From assembly GCA_964016885.1 (NCBI GenBank), contig OZ024747.1:55676001-55740000 (forward strand): 64,000 nucleotides of DNA, read 5' to 3'. Numbering within the stretch: position 1 is the stretch's first letter; each line of letters begins with the position of its first letter. Below, piece by piece: positions 40,701 through 53,894 of the stretch. The DNA is from Eledone cirrhosa. Its lineage: Eukaryota. A program made the position numbers and the translations under genes. Below the pieces are notes generated by a model, which was not told the DNA's origin, did not search any database, and saw only the letters and a program-made list of their open reading frames with translations.

Positions 40701-41050
40701 AAGCGGTGCTGTTGACTCCATAAGCACAGGTGAGATAAATTTGTACCAGTGTATGGGGGTATTCTCACCAGTCAAACTATATAATGAGCAGCAAAGTCAT
40801 GGGTTTCACTGCACAAATAGCAGAGATGAAGGAATTTTGGGTATGGTATGATGTGCTTGGTGTGGATGGTTTGGGAGGAGGTGAAATCAAGGTCAGCTTG
40901 GGCGTCAGTGGGTGAGCCTTGTGGTAGCAAGCTACTACGTTCGTTTCTGGGTCAAAAGCATAGCACACCTTTTGTCCTCTCTGTTTTTTCTTTGCTTGTT
41001 TCCTTAAAGCTTACCATCATTCCATTGGTATGCATCTATTACGCAAATTT

Positions 41051-41108
41051 ACACCTGATGAGGTCACCGGGTTCTTACACAACCTGGCCACTAAAATGTG
41101 TATAGTGT
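41051..41108 (+). ncRNA. Minimal HHR with GAAA>AAAA mutation
   Basis: ACAC-CUGAUGA-GGU..CCGGGUU/AACCUGG..ACU-AAAAU(GUGU)AUA^GUGU. Confidence 0.65.
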
Positions 41109-41164
41109 TAACAGTAATAACAAATTAAGGAAATTCAGCATATTTGGCCTCCTGTGATTTCACT

Positions 41165-41202
<38 letters not shown>

Positions 41203-41551
41203 TACTTGTGTTTGTGTGAACGTGTGGGAATGTCTGTGCCGGGGAGTGCTTGTCTGTGTGTCTATAAATGTTTTTTTTCTTTCTTTCTCAAAGCAAAAAT
41301 CTTATCAGCTGTTTGAAGAACAAAACTGGAAAAACAAATTTAAAAACTCAGTGATAATTAAGAGAAAAAATGAATGAAAATCGAAAAAGTAAATAGTAAT
41401 CAAGACACAGAGCAAATATGAGCTATAATCTGTCATTCTCACTCACCCTCTCTCTGAATGTGTGTGTATCTCTGAGTATATTACTTTATAGCAATCTATC
41501 TATCTCTCTTTTTATCCAGCTATTTATCGTTATGTATATATATATATATAA

Positions 41552-41607
<56 letters not shown>

Positions 41608-41648
41608 ATACTTTGGGAGGGTCATGTTGCCAATAATATTTCTGTCAG

Positions 41649-41701
<53 letters not shown>

Positions 41702-41797
41702 ATCTCTCTTCTATATCTTTGCCTTGAGCAAATGAACAAATACACACACTCACATATAAACATCCTATACAAAATAATATCTGTATCTGTCTCTATG

Positions 41798-41869
<72 letters not shown>

Positions 41870-41937
41870 CTGTATATATTTATATATATTTAAATAATAT
41901 TTAAATATATATAATATCTAAATATATATATATTATT

Positions 41938-41985
<48 letters not shown>

Positions 41986-41986
41986 G

Positions 41987-42081
<95 letters not shown>

Positions 42082-43384
42082 TAAATATATATATAAATGT
42101 ATTTATATAAATATATATATAACATAAATATATATATTATATATTAAATATTATATATTATATACACACACAAAACAAATGTATCAACAATGTGGTAGAG
42201 GGCAAAATTGATGAATTAACACAAACATATGTTTAGATTTTCATATTTTTTTTATTTTCTTCTTATAAATAAAAACAATATCAATAACAATAATAACGAT
42301 GGTACATCTGTTTGCCACAAGGGCAACTCTATGGAAAAGTTTAAATTACACAGGTAATATGATGGACAAGAAGAAGAAGAAGAAGAAGAAGAAGAAGGAG
42401 GAGGAGGAGGAGGAGGAGAGGGAGGGGAAGGAGGGGGGAAAGAAGAAGAAGAAGAAGAAGAAGAAGAAGAAGAAGAAGAAGAAGAAGAAGAAGAAGAAGA
42501 AGAAGAAGAAGAAATAGTATTAGAAGAAGAATAAGGTGAGGAAGACAAAAAAGAAGAACAATATCAACAACTAGCAACAATAACAACAGCAACTACTGGT
42601 AACAACGACATCAGAGATTTCAGGTTAAAAACAAAATAATTATTATTATGAGAATATGTTGAGGGAGAAGAATTGCAGGGGAATTAGTTGAATTTTAAAG
42701 ATGAAGAGAATAAACCAAGGAATGGAAATGGAGGAAAAACTAAACAAAAAAAAAATAATAATAAAATAAAATAAAATAAACAAATCGAAGAAAAAAAAAG
42801 AACTAATGAAAAAACCCAGGATAAAAAAAAAAAGCCTCTGTGAAAATACATGAAGAATAAAATGTCAGATAAATGGAAATGGGAATAAATACATAAATGA
42901 AATGAGAAAATTCTTTAATTTGTTTCTGTTTTGTCTTTTATTGATGTTTTTATATAATATATGATTTTTTCTTTTTGGATATGTTTATATTATATTCACT
43001 ATTTTATATATTTTATTTTTTCAAATTTGTATTATTTTAACAGATGCTTTTTGTTGTTTTCCTTGTTAATTTGCTTATCTTTCAGAAAAAAATATTTGTG
43101 CTTGTCTCTCTCTCTATATATATATAGGTGTGAGTGTGTATACATACATATATATATATAAATATATATACATAAACACGTATATGCATACATATATACA
43201 CATATATATATGCACGCACACACACACTCATATATATATATATATATAATAAATGTAATCTGAGTTTTTCGAATAGTAATAATAACATTCGATTCGTTTG
43301 CAATTATGCCAACAAGCCTCAATTTTATAGTCATGTCAGTAGAATGAACACTTCATTCTTGCTCTTATGTTGGAATGCAAACAG

Positions 43385-43432
43385 AACTGCAGACACTAAT
43401 GTTTCTGGGTATCACCCTTCATCAGTACAGCT
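43385..43432 (-). ncRNA. Type I hammerhead ribozyme
   Basis: AGCUGUA-CUGAUGA-A[GGGU gau ACCC]A-GAAACA(uuag)UGUC^UGCAGUU. Confidence 0.82.
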
Positions 43433-43649
43433 CACTGTTCACCTGCCAAACTGTCAGAGCTAGTGAAAATATATGCTATTTTCAAAAATGCACAGTGACT
43501 GATCGGCCTGATTTGCATATTAGCAGATATATGTAAAAGGTAAACAGAAATAACAAAACAATCAATACAGTATATGGAAGGGATATATTAGCTTAATGCT
43601 TGAAATAGCAGGAAGAGGATATATATATATATATATATATACATATGAG

Positions 43650-44090
43650 TTCGCTTTTGCCAAACTATATCATCATCTATGGGGCTACACTGTTGTCATT
43701 CTGAAGACCGTTTTTCACAATAATGTTCTGATATTCACAAACACTCTGCTTAGCAATGTGAAACAAGTCACTTTTCTGATCTTTTCATCACAAAACATTG
43801 GCAAACCTACTTTGTATGCTACGTATATATGATGCCAAACTTCGTTTTTAGCTACATGATATTTTTCTTTTCTGTCCCCATTCCTCCAGTCTTTCTGTGC
43901 CTGTCTTTGAGTTTTAATGGCTCTATCTAGAGAGCTGTGCCACCACCAGGTGACTCTTCATCTGTCAGGTATCTTGCTCTAGAAATAATCTTTTATCATT
44001 GGCTTGTAGCAGATTGTCCCATAGGACGTTCCAAATGTCCTCTATGCCATGTGTGTCTATCTACTCCTCTTTCTAATTGTAGGCATCATG
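43650..44090 (-). mobile_element. Decayed internal RTE LINE fragment
   Basis: Minus strand RVTWWWHSSLDRAIK and KDQKSDLFHIAKQ match 16000-16250. Confidence 0.7.
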
Positions 44091-44179
44091 TAAAACCTAT
44101 CTGAAACTGTATTTAACACAGAGGTCACTTAGGTTTCATAACCTCATAATAGCTATGAATAGCTACACATCACACACAC

Positions 44180-44760
<581 letters not shown>

Positions 44761-44773
44761 TTATATGTGTATA

Positions 44774-44823
<50 letters not shown>

Positions 44824-44824
<1 letters not shown>

Positions 44825-44953
44825 CTCACTGTAAATGAGGTTGGTGGTAGGAAGGGCATCCAGATTTAGAAATCAAGCCAGAATCAGTTCCCGTGCCACC
44901 CTTGCAAGCAGGGAAAAGTGGACGTAAAATGATGATGATGATGATGATGATGA
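44824..44953 (+). mobile_element. SINE B / RTE tail, 5'-truncated
   Basis: Match to the tail consensus. Confidence 0.85.
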
Positions 44954-45404
44954 ATATATATATCATCATCATCATACTTCATACTTCATACTTCATACAG
45001 GTAAAATACAGAGTAATAAAGTTCATCACCTAATTATAATAATTTAATTTATACATGCATAATTAGCAGTAGCATAAATGTAATGTGGTTCATAATTGGG
45101 TTCTCTATGACTTGATTACAGCCTAGAACATTCATAGCGAAACTCTCTCTCTCCCTCCCTCTCTCTCTCTCTCTCTGTATGTATATATATATATATATTG
45201 GAATAAATGCTCTGAAATAGCGATATATATGTGAATATAGACATAGAATATTCGAAAATATTCTGTATGTTTATAATAAACATTTTGAAGACCTAATCGC
45301 TATAGAATAGAATACGTCACGTATTACAATTAGATTCTCGATGTACACAGCTAAGTATTCTATAAGTCTCTAGCTGTGTCATTCTCGATAAAAGCACTGG
45401 ATAT

Positions 45405-45447
45405 GTAGCCCTGAAGATTTCTAACAAGAATGAAACGCGTAGATTAC
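45405..45447 (+). ncRNA. Minimal type I HHR, unit 1
   Basis: GUAGCC-CUGAAGA-U[UUCU aaca AGAA]U-GAAAC(GC)GUA^GAUUAC; one stem I mismatch. Confidence 0.82.
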
Positions 45448-45714
45448 TTCCCTTGCTTTTATCGAGAATCTAATTGTAATACGTGACGTATTCTATTCTA
45501 TAGCGATTAGGTCTTCAAAATGTTTATTATAAACATACAGAATATTTTCGAATATTCTATGTCTATATTCACATATATATCGCTATTTCAGAGCATTTAT
45601 TCCAATTTCTAATTTCTGCCGGACCGGCAACCGCTCTTTCAAACCAGTTCCTGTACACAGCTAAGTATTCTATAAGTCTCTAGCTGTGTCATTCTCGATA
45701 AAAGCACTGGATAT

Positions 45715-45757
45715 GTAGTCCTGAAGATTTCTAACAAGAATGAAACGCGTAGATTAC
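45715..45757 (+). ncRNA. Minimal type I HHR, unit 2
   Basis: GUAGUC-CUGAAGA...GAAACGCGUA^GAUUAC. Confidence 0.88.
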
Positions 45758-46024
45758 TTCCCTTGCTTTTATCGAGAATCTAATTGTAATACGTGACGTA
45801 TTCTATTCTATAGCGATTAGGTCTTCAAAATGTTTATTATAAACATACAGAATATTTTCGAATATTCTATGTCTATATTCACATATATATCGCTATTTCA
45901 GAGCATTTATTCCAATTTCTAATTTCTGCCGGACCGGCAACCGCTCTTTCAAACCAGTTCCTGTACACAGCTAAGTATTCTATAAGTCTCTAGCTGTGTC
46001 ATTCTCGATAAAAGCACTGGATAT

Positions 46025-46067
46025 GTAGTCCTGAAGATTTCTAACAAGAATGAAACGCGTAGATTAC
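46025..46067 (+). ncRNA. Minimal type I HHR, unit 3
   Basis: Identical to unit 2. Confidence 0.88.
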
Positions 46068-46206
46068 TTCCCTTGCTTTTATCGAGAATCTAATTGTAAT
46101 ACGTGACGTATTCTATTCTATAGCGATTAGGTCTTCAAAATGTTTATTATAAACATACAGAATATTTTCGAATATTCTATGTCTATATTCACATATATAT
46201 ATATAT

Positions 46207-46483
46207 ATTCTCAGACCAAATGATGTGTTGTTTCCTTGAGCAAGGCACTTTATTTCACATTGCTCCAGTGTACTCAGCTGTAGAAATGAGATGATAGGGA
46301 CTGTGGTCCCTATCATTCCACTGCAAAGTGGTCGTGGAGGTGCCACGGCATAAAAGCACCCAGCACTCACTGTAAATGAGGTTGGTGTTAGGAAGGGCAT
46401 CCAGCTGTAGAAATCAAGCCAGCATCAGTTCCCGTCCCACCCTTGCAAGCAGGGAAAAGCGGACGTAAAATGATGATGATGAT
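46207..46483 (+). mobile_element. SINE family B, 5'-truncated
   Basis: CORE-like domain plus RTE tail. Confidence 0.9.
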
Positions 46484-46521
46484 ATATATACTTATATATA
46501 TATATATACATATATATCATC

Positions 46522-46550
<29 letters not shown>

Positions 46551-46552
<2 letters not shown>

Positions 46553-46957
46553 GTTTAGTGATTGTAACATCAATTTACTGTAAGTTCACCAAAGTGAACA
46601 GTCGATGCATAGTTTCCAGTATGTATTTTGGTGTTGCACGAAGCAGAGTGTAACAATAATAATAATATGGATGAGATATTAATTATTCATTACATTTATT
46701 GAGGTGTGACGTGTGTTTCACAATTGATCAGCTCAGGGTTCAATCAAATTGTGCCCGATTCTGGAATCAAAAGCACATCGGACATCTGTTATGGTAAATC
46801 TGTCATTACCATAACAGAAGTCCAATGAGATTTTGATTCCAGAATCGGGCCCGATCGATACAGATCAAAACTTGAGCTGATCAATCGAGAAACACGCATC
46901 ACACCTCAATAAATCTAATGAATAATTAACACCTTGTCCATTTTATTATTATTGTTA
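46551..46957 (-). mobile_element. Decayed fold-back HHR mini-element (palindrome 46651-46957 plus tail)
   Basis: ~150-bp imperfect arms; CC(G/A)AUG(A/U)...GAAAC(ACAC)GUC^ACACCUC, then AATAAA. Confidence 0.7.
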
Positions 46958-47210
46958 TTATGTATATATATTTCAGTACAATAAACACACAGACATACAT
47001 GCACTAATAGAGATACATATATATATATAAACATATATAAATGTATGTATATTCGTTTTATCAGCTTTTATAAAATAAATATTTAAAAACTACTTCAATA
47101 TTGAGTACTTTTTTCTCTAAGCCGTCAACTACATAAAGATATATATATGTATATATATATAATAATAATGAAATGAAGTTATCAGATATGACTAAAAACT
47201 CTTTGATTGC

Positions 47211-47271
<61 letters not shown>

Positions 47272-47729
47272 TGCATCACCTATTGAAAAAAAAGCGAGAA
47301 GAAATATCTAAGTAAAAAAAGCAAAACAATGAGGTAGCTGGGAAATAGGAAATGACGAATTTATACAAAAGTGTCTGAAGAAAGAGTAAATTGGAATATT
47401 TTTCATACCTAGACAAAGGCAGTCAGAGAGAGTGGGGAGAGAGAGAGAAAGAGCGAGGGGGAGACCGGGAGGAGGGAGAGAAAGAGAGCAGGAATGAGAG
47501 AGAGAAGGGGGTATGATTAATAGTTTTATCTTATATAGATAATCAGTTAGTGAGATTTGGGAATATATGTATTTAAATATCAGTGTTACTGTTTCATTGT
47601 ATAAAGATAGTAACATATCTGATATAACTCTATTCATTGTTGATAAACTTTTCAATACTTCTATTATTCAGATGTATGTTTATCTATTTATCTTCTCTCT
47701 CTCTCTCTCTTTCTGCATATGTATATATG

Positions 47730-47769
<40 letters not shown>

Positions 47770-47839
47770 CGCAATGACTGTCTTCTTCTATACTATATAT
47801 ATATATATATGTGTGTGTATATGGTGTATATATATCTAC

Positions 47840-47913
<74 letters not shown>

Positions 47914-48497
47914 GCACACACACATATCATCGTCATCATCATTGCTGAATGTCAATTTTCTTTGCTAGCAATGGTAAGACATTTTGTCACAGGCCATGTG
48001 CAATTTGTCAGCACTAAACGTAGAGAAGATGTCTTGTTATTGGAATATATAAAGAGTCTTCTTAACCTATTGTTTGGGAGGCAGTTTGTAACTGCATGCT
48101 CTTCCTATCACCAACTCCTTTACAGAAATGTACTGGGCGATTGTTTATTGTGTGAATCATATATGTATGTGTTTGTATGTTTAAGTGTATCTGTACCAGA
48201 GGCTGCAGCTCCAGGATTGGCTTCTACAGCCACTGCACAGTGCAGGACAATAATTCTTCACACTGATCTTCGTAAGCGAAGAATCCGCCATTCATTTGTA
48301 TATATATACTTACGGTAAACAGCGATGCCATTCAATTTTGTACTTTTTCCATATAGGAATGATGGAGTATATTTAAGATATGAATGTAAGAAGCTCTCTG
48401 TTGGTATCATGGCACTGGTTAGGCGGAATCGTGTTTGAAATATGTATCACAGCCTTATCGAAAAAGGACATCTGAAACTACTTCACATTTTTATTAT

Positions 48498-48539
<42 letters not shown>

Positions 48540-48546
<7 letters not shown>

Positions 48547-48947
48547 ATAAGAAACTGAGAATCAGTTGTGCAACAAATTCAAATTTATTAGACATATTAC
48601 AATCGTTTCTCTAGCGACCAGCTCGAGGAGCGATCGATGCAATGATCGAACCTGACTCTGAAATCGCAAGATCCTCAGATATGTCTCGATTCTTCGAAGC
48701 AGAGTTTCCACTTCGAAGAATCGAGATGTATCTGAGGATCTTGTGATTTCAGAGTCAGATTTGATCATTGCATTGATCGTGCCTCGACCTGGTCGCCAGA
48801 GAAACGATTGTAATATGTCTAATAAATTTTAATTCGTCACACCACTGATTCTCCGTTTCTTATGTGATATGATACTCTGCTCTTACAGGGCATCGAGTGT
48901 TCAAACAGCCTACTGCATACGGACGCTTTAAGCAGCCCATACCAATT
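48540..48947 (+). mobile_element. Fold-back HHR mini-element (palindrome 48540-48870 plus tail)
   Basis: ~160-bp arms, 11-nt spacer, (TA)n flanks. Confidence 0.8.
48724..48820 (+). ncRNA. Minimal type I HHR (mirror copy on the minus strand at 48590-48686 with a perfect stem I)
   Basis: AGAUGUAU-CUGAGGA-UCU..long stem II..AGA-GAAAC(GAUU)GUA^AUAUGUCU, then AATAAA. Confidence 0.85.
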
Positions 48948-48969
48948 ATATATATAGTGTTTGATATAT

Positions 48970-49490
48970 AGTGTTCCATTTGGCGCCAGGTGGATTCCAG
49001 TTCATTGTCATTTTCAAGCGTCATTCATTGGGCAAATGCAGAATATGGCCAGCCAGGTGGCACCAGTGCTACATGAATACCCTCTGCAGTGTCGATGACT
49101 TGGCTCTCCGCAGTATTTCCTCGTTTCACACTCAGTCATGCCAGGGTACATGAAGGATCCTTTGCAGGCACCTCTGGTTGAATGCGTTCAGCCATCTCTC
49201 TATCTTTGCCTTGCTATTCCAGGTTTCACTCACGTAAAGCACTCTCAGCAGGACGATGCTCTTATACAGGTGCAGCTTGATCCTGTTGCTGATGCATGAA
49301 GACAACAAGACTGGGTGCATCTGTGGGAAAGCTGTGGCTCCTTTGCCAATCCAACAGTTTATGTCGAGCACCACGGCACCATTATTTGCCAGGGGGCTGC
49401 CCAGATAGTGATTGACTTTTTCCAGGTCTTGATGGTTGACTCTGACAGCTAGACCTGTGTTATTGGCTGTCCTCATCACCTTGCATTTTA
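48970..49490 (-). mobile_element. Decayed RTE LINE fragment (different family)
   Basis: YLGS...IGKGATAF...KLHLYKSIV..LYVSETW..FNQRCLQRIL..LAGHILHLP. Confidence 0.8.
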
Positions 49491-50177
49491 GGAATAACAA
49501 TTGACAAATTACATAATTAACTCTGGAAGAATATAGCTGCTCAAAAATGTTAAGACAAACTAAATTTCACCAAATAGCCATCCACAAACTCAAATGATAT
49601 ACCACAGTTTTATTTCAGCAGATTACATTATTTAGAACCAGATTTTCCTTTTTTTTCAGTCTCATGATTCCCAAACAAGATGATCAAAAAGATAAAATGC
49701 ATTTTTTTCTTACAGAGTAGATCAATACACACACACACACACGTGTGTGTGTGTGTGTCTGTATTTATATGTATATATTTGTATATACATATATATATAT
49801 ATATACACACACACACATATATATATAAATGCATATATATATATGTATGTATGTATATTTCATGCTTTATATAAAAAGAAATTCTCAATATATATATATA
49901 CTTTACACTTTATACTTTTCCAGAACACAAAAATGAAAACAAAACAAAGAATTTAAACTTCCTTTTGTGTCGATAATATTCACTACACCACAAAGAATGA
50001 TAAGTAAATAAACAAGAACTAGAGCTAATAGTAACAACAATAAAACTAATAATAACAAAAAAAATATAATTCCAACTGTTGTGTATATATACACACACAC
50101 ACATACATATACATGTGTGTGTGTAAATATATATATATATGCATGTGTAATTATGTGTATATATGCATATGCAAGTC

Positions 50178-50236
<59 letters not shown>

Positions 50237-51306
50237 GCATATATATATACCCATGCACACATATACATACAAACCCCTACTCACACAGATACACATAGAC
50301 ATACATAAATGATGATCAATAAATAATTTCATGGTTTTTCTTCATCGACTTGACAACAACATACACATCATCCATCCAGTCTTCTTCACTATTATCACAT
50401 CATATGGTGGTGGTGGTGTTAGTTCTGGTGGTGGCATTTGATTTGAATGCAGCGAGATATATATAAGGTGGGTGGTAGCAGATGCAGAAAAAAAAATTGA
50501 ATTGAAACTATAAAACAAAACCACAAAACAAAAACCCTCAAAATCTTCCAAAATCCTCACCTCAACTCCTTACCCTCTGAACAATAAAAAAAAAGTCAAA
50601 GAAACACCTAAAATATATATTTTAAAAAGTACATATACAAATAGCCAAAAATTAAGCCATATCTTCGATGATTCCCTCCTTGCTTTCATTTTTCTGAAGA
50701 ATAGAGTTAAAATGGGTTACAATAAAAAATATCTATACTGCTTGTTTGTTTTTGCTGTTTTTTGTTGGGGTTTTGCCCTCCTTTTGTTGTTTTATGGTTT
50801 AATCACTTGATTTTCATATATTTTTTTTATATTTCTTATCTTTATATTTTTTTTGTAGTTTTTATATATTTTATATTTTTACATGAAGTGAAATATTTCA
50901 ATAATCAATAATATTTACAACATTGGCTCACATCTTTCTAATACAAACTCTCTCTTTTTTTCCCTCCCACACAAACAGTTTTTATATCTTTCTCTCTATA
51001 TCTATCTCTCTATCTCTTCATTTTTCTTTAGTATTGCTATTTCTATTTCTTTCTCCTTTTCTCTCAATATCTTAATTCTTTCAATCTCCTTCTTTTTCTT
51101 CTTCACCTTATCTTCTTTTCTCTCTTTCATTATCTGTTTCTCACTCTCTCTATCACACACTTTCATTCCCACTCCTATTCTCATATTACTTTTCATTTTT
51201 CTCAATATCTCTATCTATATATCTATTCACATGTCTCTTTTAATCTTACTAGTCTACCTTTCAATATATCTTAATACTCATACATACACACACACATAGG
51301 TATATG

Positions 51307-51411
<105 letters not shown>

Positions 51412-51414
51412 TTT

Positions 51415-51445
<31 letters not shown>

Positions 51446-51446
51446 G

Positions 51447-51508
<62 letters not shown>

Positions 51509-51509
51509 C

Positions 51510-51544
<35 letters not shown>

Positions 51545-51631
51545 CACGAATATATATATAAATATATATATATATATATTCAATAATATTATTATTTTCA
51601 TTACTATTGTTGTATTTGTTATATTTGTGTG

Positions 51632-51675
<44 letters not shown>

Positions 51676-52084
51676 CACATATATATATATATGTATACAT
51701 ACATATACAAATATATATATATTTATATATCTATATATCTATATATATATATATATAGATATATATATATATATATATACATATAATTTTATATATTATC
51801 TGTTCTATATCTGTTTCTTTGTGTCTGTTTTTTAATTTGCCACTAAGGTCTTTGGCAGATAATTAGAAAAATCTGAGTTGGGCTATAAAGATATTGAAGA
51901 TAAGAGGGGTTTGGGGAAGAGAGTGGGGTGATGAAGATGGGGCTGTTGAAAACAAGGATTGTGATGATGAAGAGGGGGGAGGTAGAGACAGACAAAAATT
52001 ATTTGATGATGAAGACAAGTGAGATGAAAATATGATATATGTGAATGTGTGTGTCTATTGTATGTATGTATATATGTGTGTGTG

Positions 52085-52115
<31 letters not shown>

Positions 52116-52424
52116 ATATATATATATGTGTGTGTGTGGGTGTATGTATATATATATATAGAGAGAGAGAGAGAGTCAGAGAGAGAGAGAGAAAGAGAGA
52201 AAGAGAGATAGATAGAAAGTGAGAAAGCGAGTGAGAGATTTACACATACAAACACATAAATGCATAGAAACATGTACACATTCTGGACGAGCATCTTAAC
52301 TACTATGTTGGCTACTTTTTTCCATTCTTAAGTGATTTTCTTAAGCTATGTATATATGTATGTAAGTATGTATTTGTATATATATGTATGTATATTATGC
52401 TTTGTGCTTGAACCTCTATTGGTT

Positions 52425-52716
52425 GCAAGTTTGAAATATCCAGTTGCTTGACTAATGTATCTCCTTGCTTATGAAATTAACCTGCAAGTGGTTGAGTATT
52501 CCACAGACACATGCACCCTTAGCTTAGTTCACAGAGAGATTCAGTGTGACACAGTGTGTGACAAGATTGGTCTTTTGAATTACAGATAAAACTCATTATA
52601 GCCAGCTGCATTGACAAGAGTAACATGAAATAAAATGTCTTACTTAAGGACAAAATAGATTGCCAAGAATCAAACTCACAATCTAATGATTGTCTGATGA
52701 ACTCTTTAACTTCTAA
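52425..52716 (-). mobile_element. Diverged CORE-type SINE
   Basis: Minus strand TGTGAGTTTGATTCTTGG..GTCCTTAAGTAAGACATTTTATTTCA. Confidence 0.6.
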
Positions 52717-52792
52717 GCTATATATCTACACAATATATGTATATATGTATATGCAATTTTATATGTCACTATTTTTCGTTACTCATAGAGTG

Positions 52793-52835
<43 letters not shown>

Positions 52836-53227
52836 TTTACGTCCGCTTTTCCCTGCTTGCAAGGGTGGGATGGGTCTTATTCAGCACAGCATCTCTCCAC
52901 TCGTCACGGTCCCTCGTCATCTCCACCGTGAGCTTCAATGATCTGAGGTCTGTTCTCACCACCTCCGCCCATGTTTTTCGTGGTCTACCTCTACCACGTC
53001 TTCTTTCAACTGGCAATTCCTGGCACTTCTTCACCCATCGGTCATCCTCCATGCGCATCACATGTCCATACCACCTCAGTCTCCTCTCCCGTACACTACA
53101 TTCTATCCCTCTCAGACACAGTTTCTCTCTCAACACATTTATGCTGGGTCGTTGACGCACATTTACACTGCACATCCAACGGAGCATGCTTGCCTCATTT
53201 CTCTCCAGCCGTCGCATATCCTCTGCA
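52793..53227 (-). mobile_element. RTE LINE 3' fragment (no-UTR subfamily), open frame
   Basis: MRRLERNEASMLRWMC...RWYGHVMR...GRPRKTW...PTLASREKRT* (ATG)n. Confidence 0.92.
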
Positions 53228-53249
53228 ATGTATAGTTCAGAAATCAGAG

Positions 53250-53512
53250 AGACACTACTTTTCTGAATTGAGAGATCACAGTTCCAATATTATGGGCATG
53301 TGGTTAGAATGTCTCTGGAAAGAATAGCTGGACAGATTTTATGAGTAAAACCAACAGGCAGAAGACCTAAAAGTAGACCCCGAGCAAGATGTTTGGATAA
53401 TATCCATGAGCTTGGCTAGTCTTGCTTGGGAATCCACCCAGATAAAGTGGAGATAGTTACTTCTGACAGAACCCACTGGAAGGAGTGCTTGAGGACCCTG
53501 CCCCACGACCAT
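53250..53512 (+). mobile_element. RTE (Expander/Rex3-like) 3' fragment
   Basis: IERSQFQYYGHVVRMS...PTGRRPKSRPRARC...LRTLP. Confidence 0.7.
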
Positions 53513-53727
53513 CTCTCTTATTACTTTGGCACTTATAATCTCACATGCATTGTTGGGCTTTCAAATAATTAAACATTTTTCCTAGTCATATTAGTATTTA
53601 TTATTCCACAATGCTTCAAGCAAGCTACAATATTTTATATATATATATGTATTTATTTATTTATCTATGAGCATAGATTAAAGGTTTAAGCAAACGATTT
53701 CTGCTTTCAATTAAAATGGGATATTCT

Positions 53728-53768
<41 letters not shown>

Positions 53769-53894
53769 ACACATGCATAAGGATGTTACATAATCAGGCC
53801 ATTGAAATATATATATAGGGTTTCTGCAACAATAAAAGTTTAATTCAATTATATTCTGGTCCTGCTTGTTGAGCTTACACTTATAATTATCCAT

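Larger units (their letters stand above)
45198..46200 (+). mobile_element. Retrozyme-like 310-bp tandem array (~2.8 units from 45343) preceded by a 145-bp inverted segment
   Basis: Units start at 45343, 45653 and 45963; 45198-45342 is the reverse complement of 45461-45605; one HHR per unit. Confidence 0.88.

Noticed and set aside
45343-46200. Tandem repeat considered as a CRISPR array or assembly duplication
   Set aside because: No unique spacers and a eukaryotic context; unit 1 differs by a substitution, and the HHR-per-unit layout fits a retrozyme better
48390-48460. GAAAU(AUGU)AUC^ACAG as an HHR 3' half (similar partial at ~14550-14570)
   Set aside because: No recognisable CUGANGA core upstream
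50342-50560. Minus-strand ORF with a PPPPY motif
   Set aside because: Derived from (GGT)n low complexity; no splice or homology support
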